Shown: one piece after another, positions 63,468-64,000 of the stretch | Position numbering within the stretch: position 1 is the first letter of the stretch | Layout of the letters: the number at the start of each line of letters is the position of its first letter | Assembly: GCF_040938485.1 (NCBI RefSeq) | Contig: NW_027271819.1 | Coordinates: forward strand, 496,001 to 560,000 | Source: Diadema antillarum | Taxonomy: Eukaryota | Direction: 5' to 3' | DNA length: 64,000 bases | Notes under the pieces: generated by a model | Databases searched by the model: none | What the model was told of the DNA's origin: nothing | The model's input: only the letters and a program-made list of their open reading frames with translations | Program-made: the position numbers and the translations under genes

Positions 63468-64000
63468 TTAATTGTGCCCTCATCTGTAAATCTCAACCCA
63501 GTATCTCTTCAGAAATATTGATACGTTTGCAGCATTGTCCATTGTAAGGTCACAAAATGATAGCCTCAACTATTAATAAAATCCGTCCCATGATCAGTCA
63601 ATGCAATTTCAGAAAAATAAAAGAGCTGTACGTGAATTTCTCGGTATCTGGCCCAGGTAGGCTGGGTGAAATATTAATGCACTGATCAAACATTCGGGGA
63701 AAATTCCTCAAAGTAAGAGAAAAAAGTCTCCTTTGCGGCAATGATATGACATTGTCATCTGAAACTTCACCAAGGAATCTTGATAGTGAGTATATACATT
63801 GGCTGGAATGTTAGAAATGTAAAGGCATACCATCATTCATTCAATTATAAATGTTCATTAATGATGTAGGTTAATGTAGAGGACTGAAGTCTCGAGACAA
63901 CTATCTAAAACAGTATATATTGTATAATCTTAGTGAAAGGTCACAGTTCAAGATCAGAGGTCACTGCACCTAGGTGACAAGGTCATTTTTGCGATGTCGT

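Overview
AT-rich, intron-containing animal DNA. The MITE, SINE and LINE repertoire suggests an echinoderm such as a sea urchin (inference). The window holds a head-to-tail, plus-strand tandem cluster of arylamine N-acetyltransferase (NAT, Acetyltransf_2 family, Cys-His-Asp triad) paralogs. Five main coding exons are present: copy 1 at 3054-3995 (two nonsense codons), copy 2 at 22903-23844, copy 3 at 29259-30221, copy 4 at 37553-38524 and copy 5 at 46789-47757. There is also a duplicated 3' fragment (48491-48729), the first exon and intron of a sixth copy whose coding exon should lie just past the window end, and an orphan first exon at about 9.5 kb. Each copy appears to have an upstream exon whose only coding content is the ATG (ATG|GTGAG), spliced in phase 0 to a single coding exon of about 950 bp. 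The spacers and introns are filled with non-autonomous transposons whose ends and target duplications can be read by comparing filled and empty paralogous sites: Kolobok-like TTAA MITEs, PIF/Harbinger-like elements (including a large fold-back just downstream of two stop codons), Tc1/mariner MITEs, a 6.9-kb Sola1-like element, two Helentron-associated (HINE/DINE-like) elements, CR1/L2 and Penelope fragments, and tRNA-derived SINEs. There is one 178-N assembly gap. The region from about 47.7 kb to the window end re-copies 38.5-46.3 kb, and may be a recent duplication or an uncollapsed haplotype. There are no prokaryotic features (no CRISPR, rRNA or operons). Most short ORFs in the supplied track are spurious. 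All identity figures are visual estimates, and human NAT residue numbers are recalled rather than computed.
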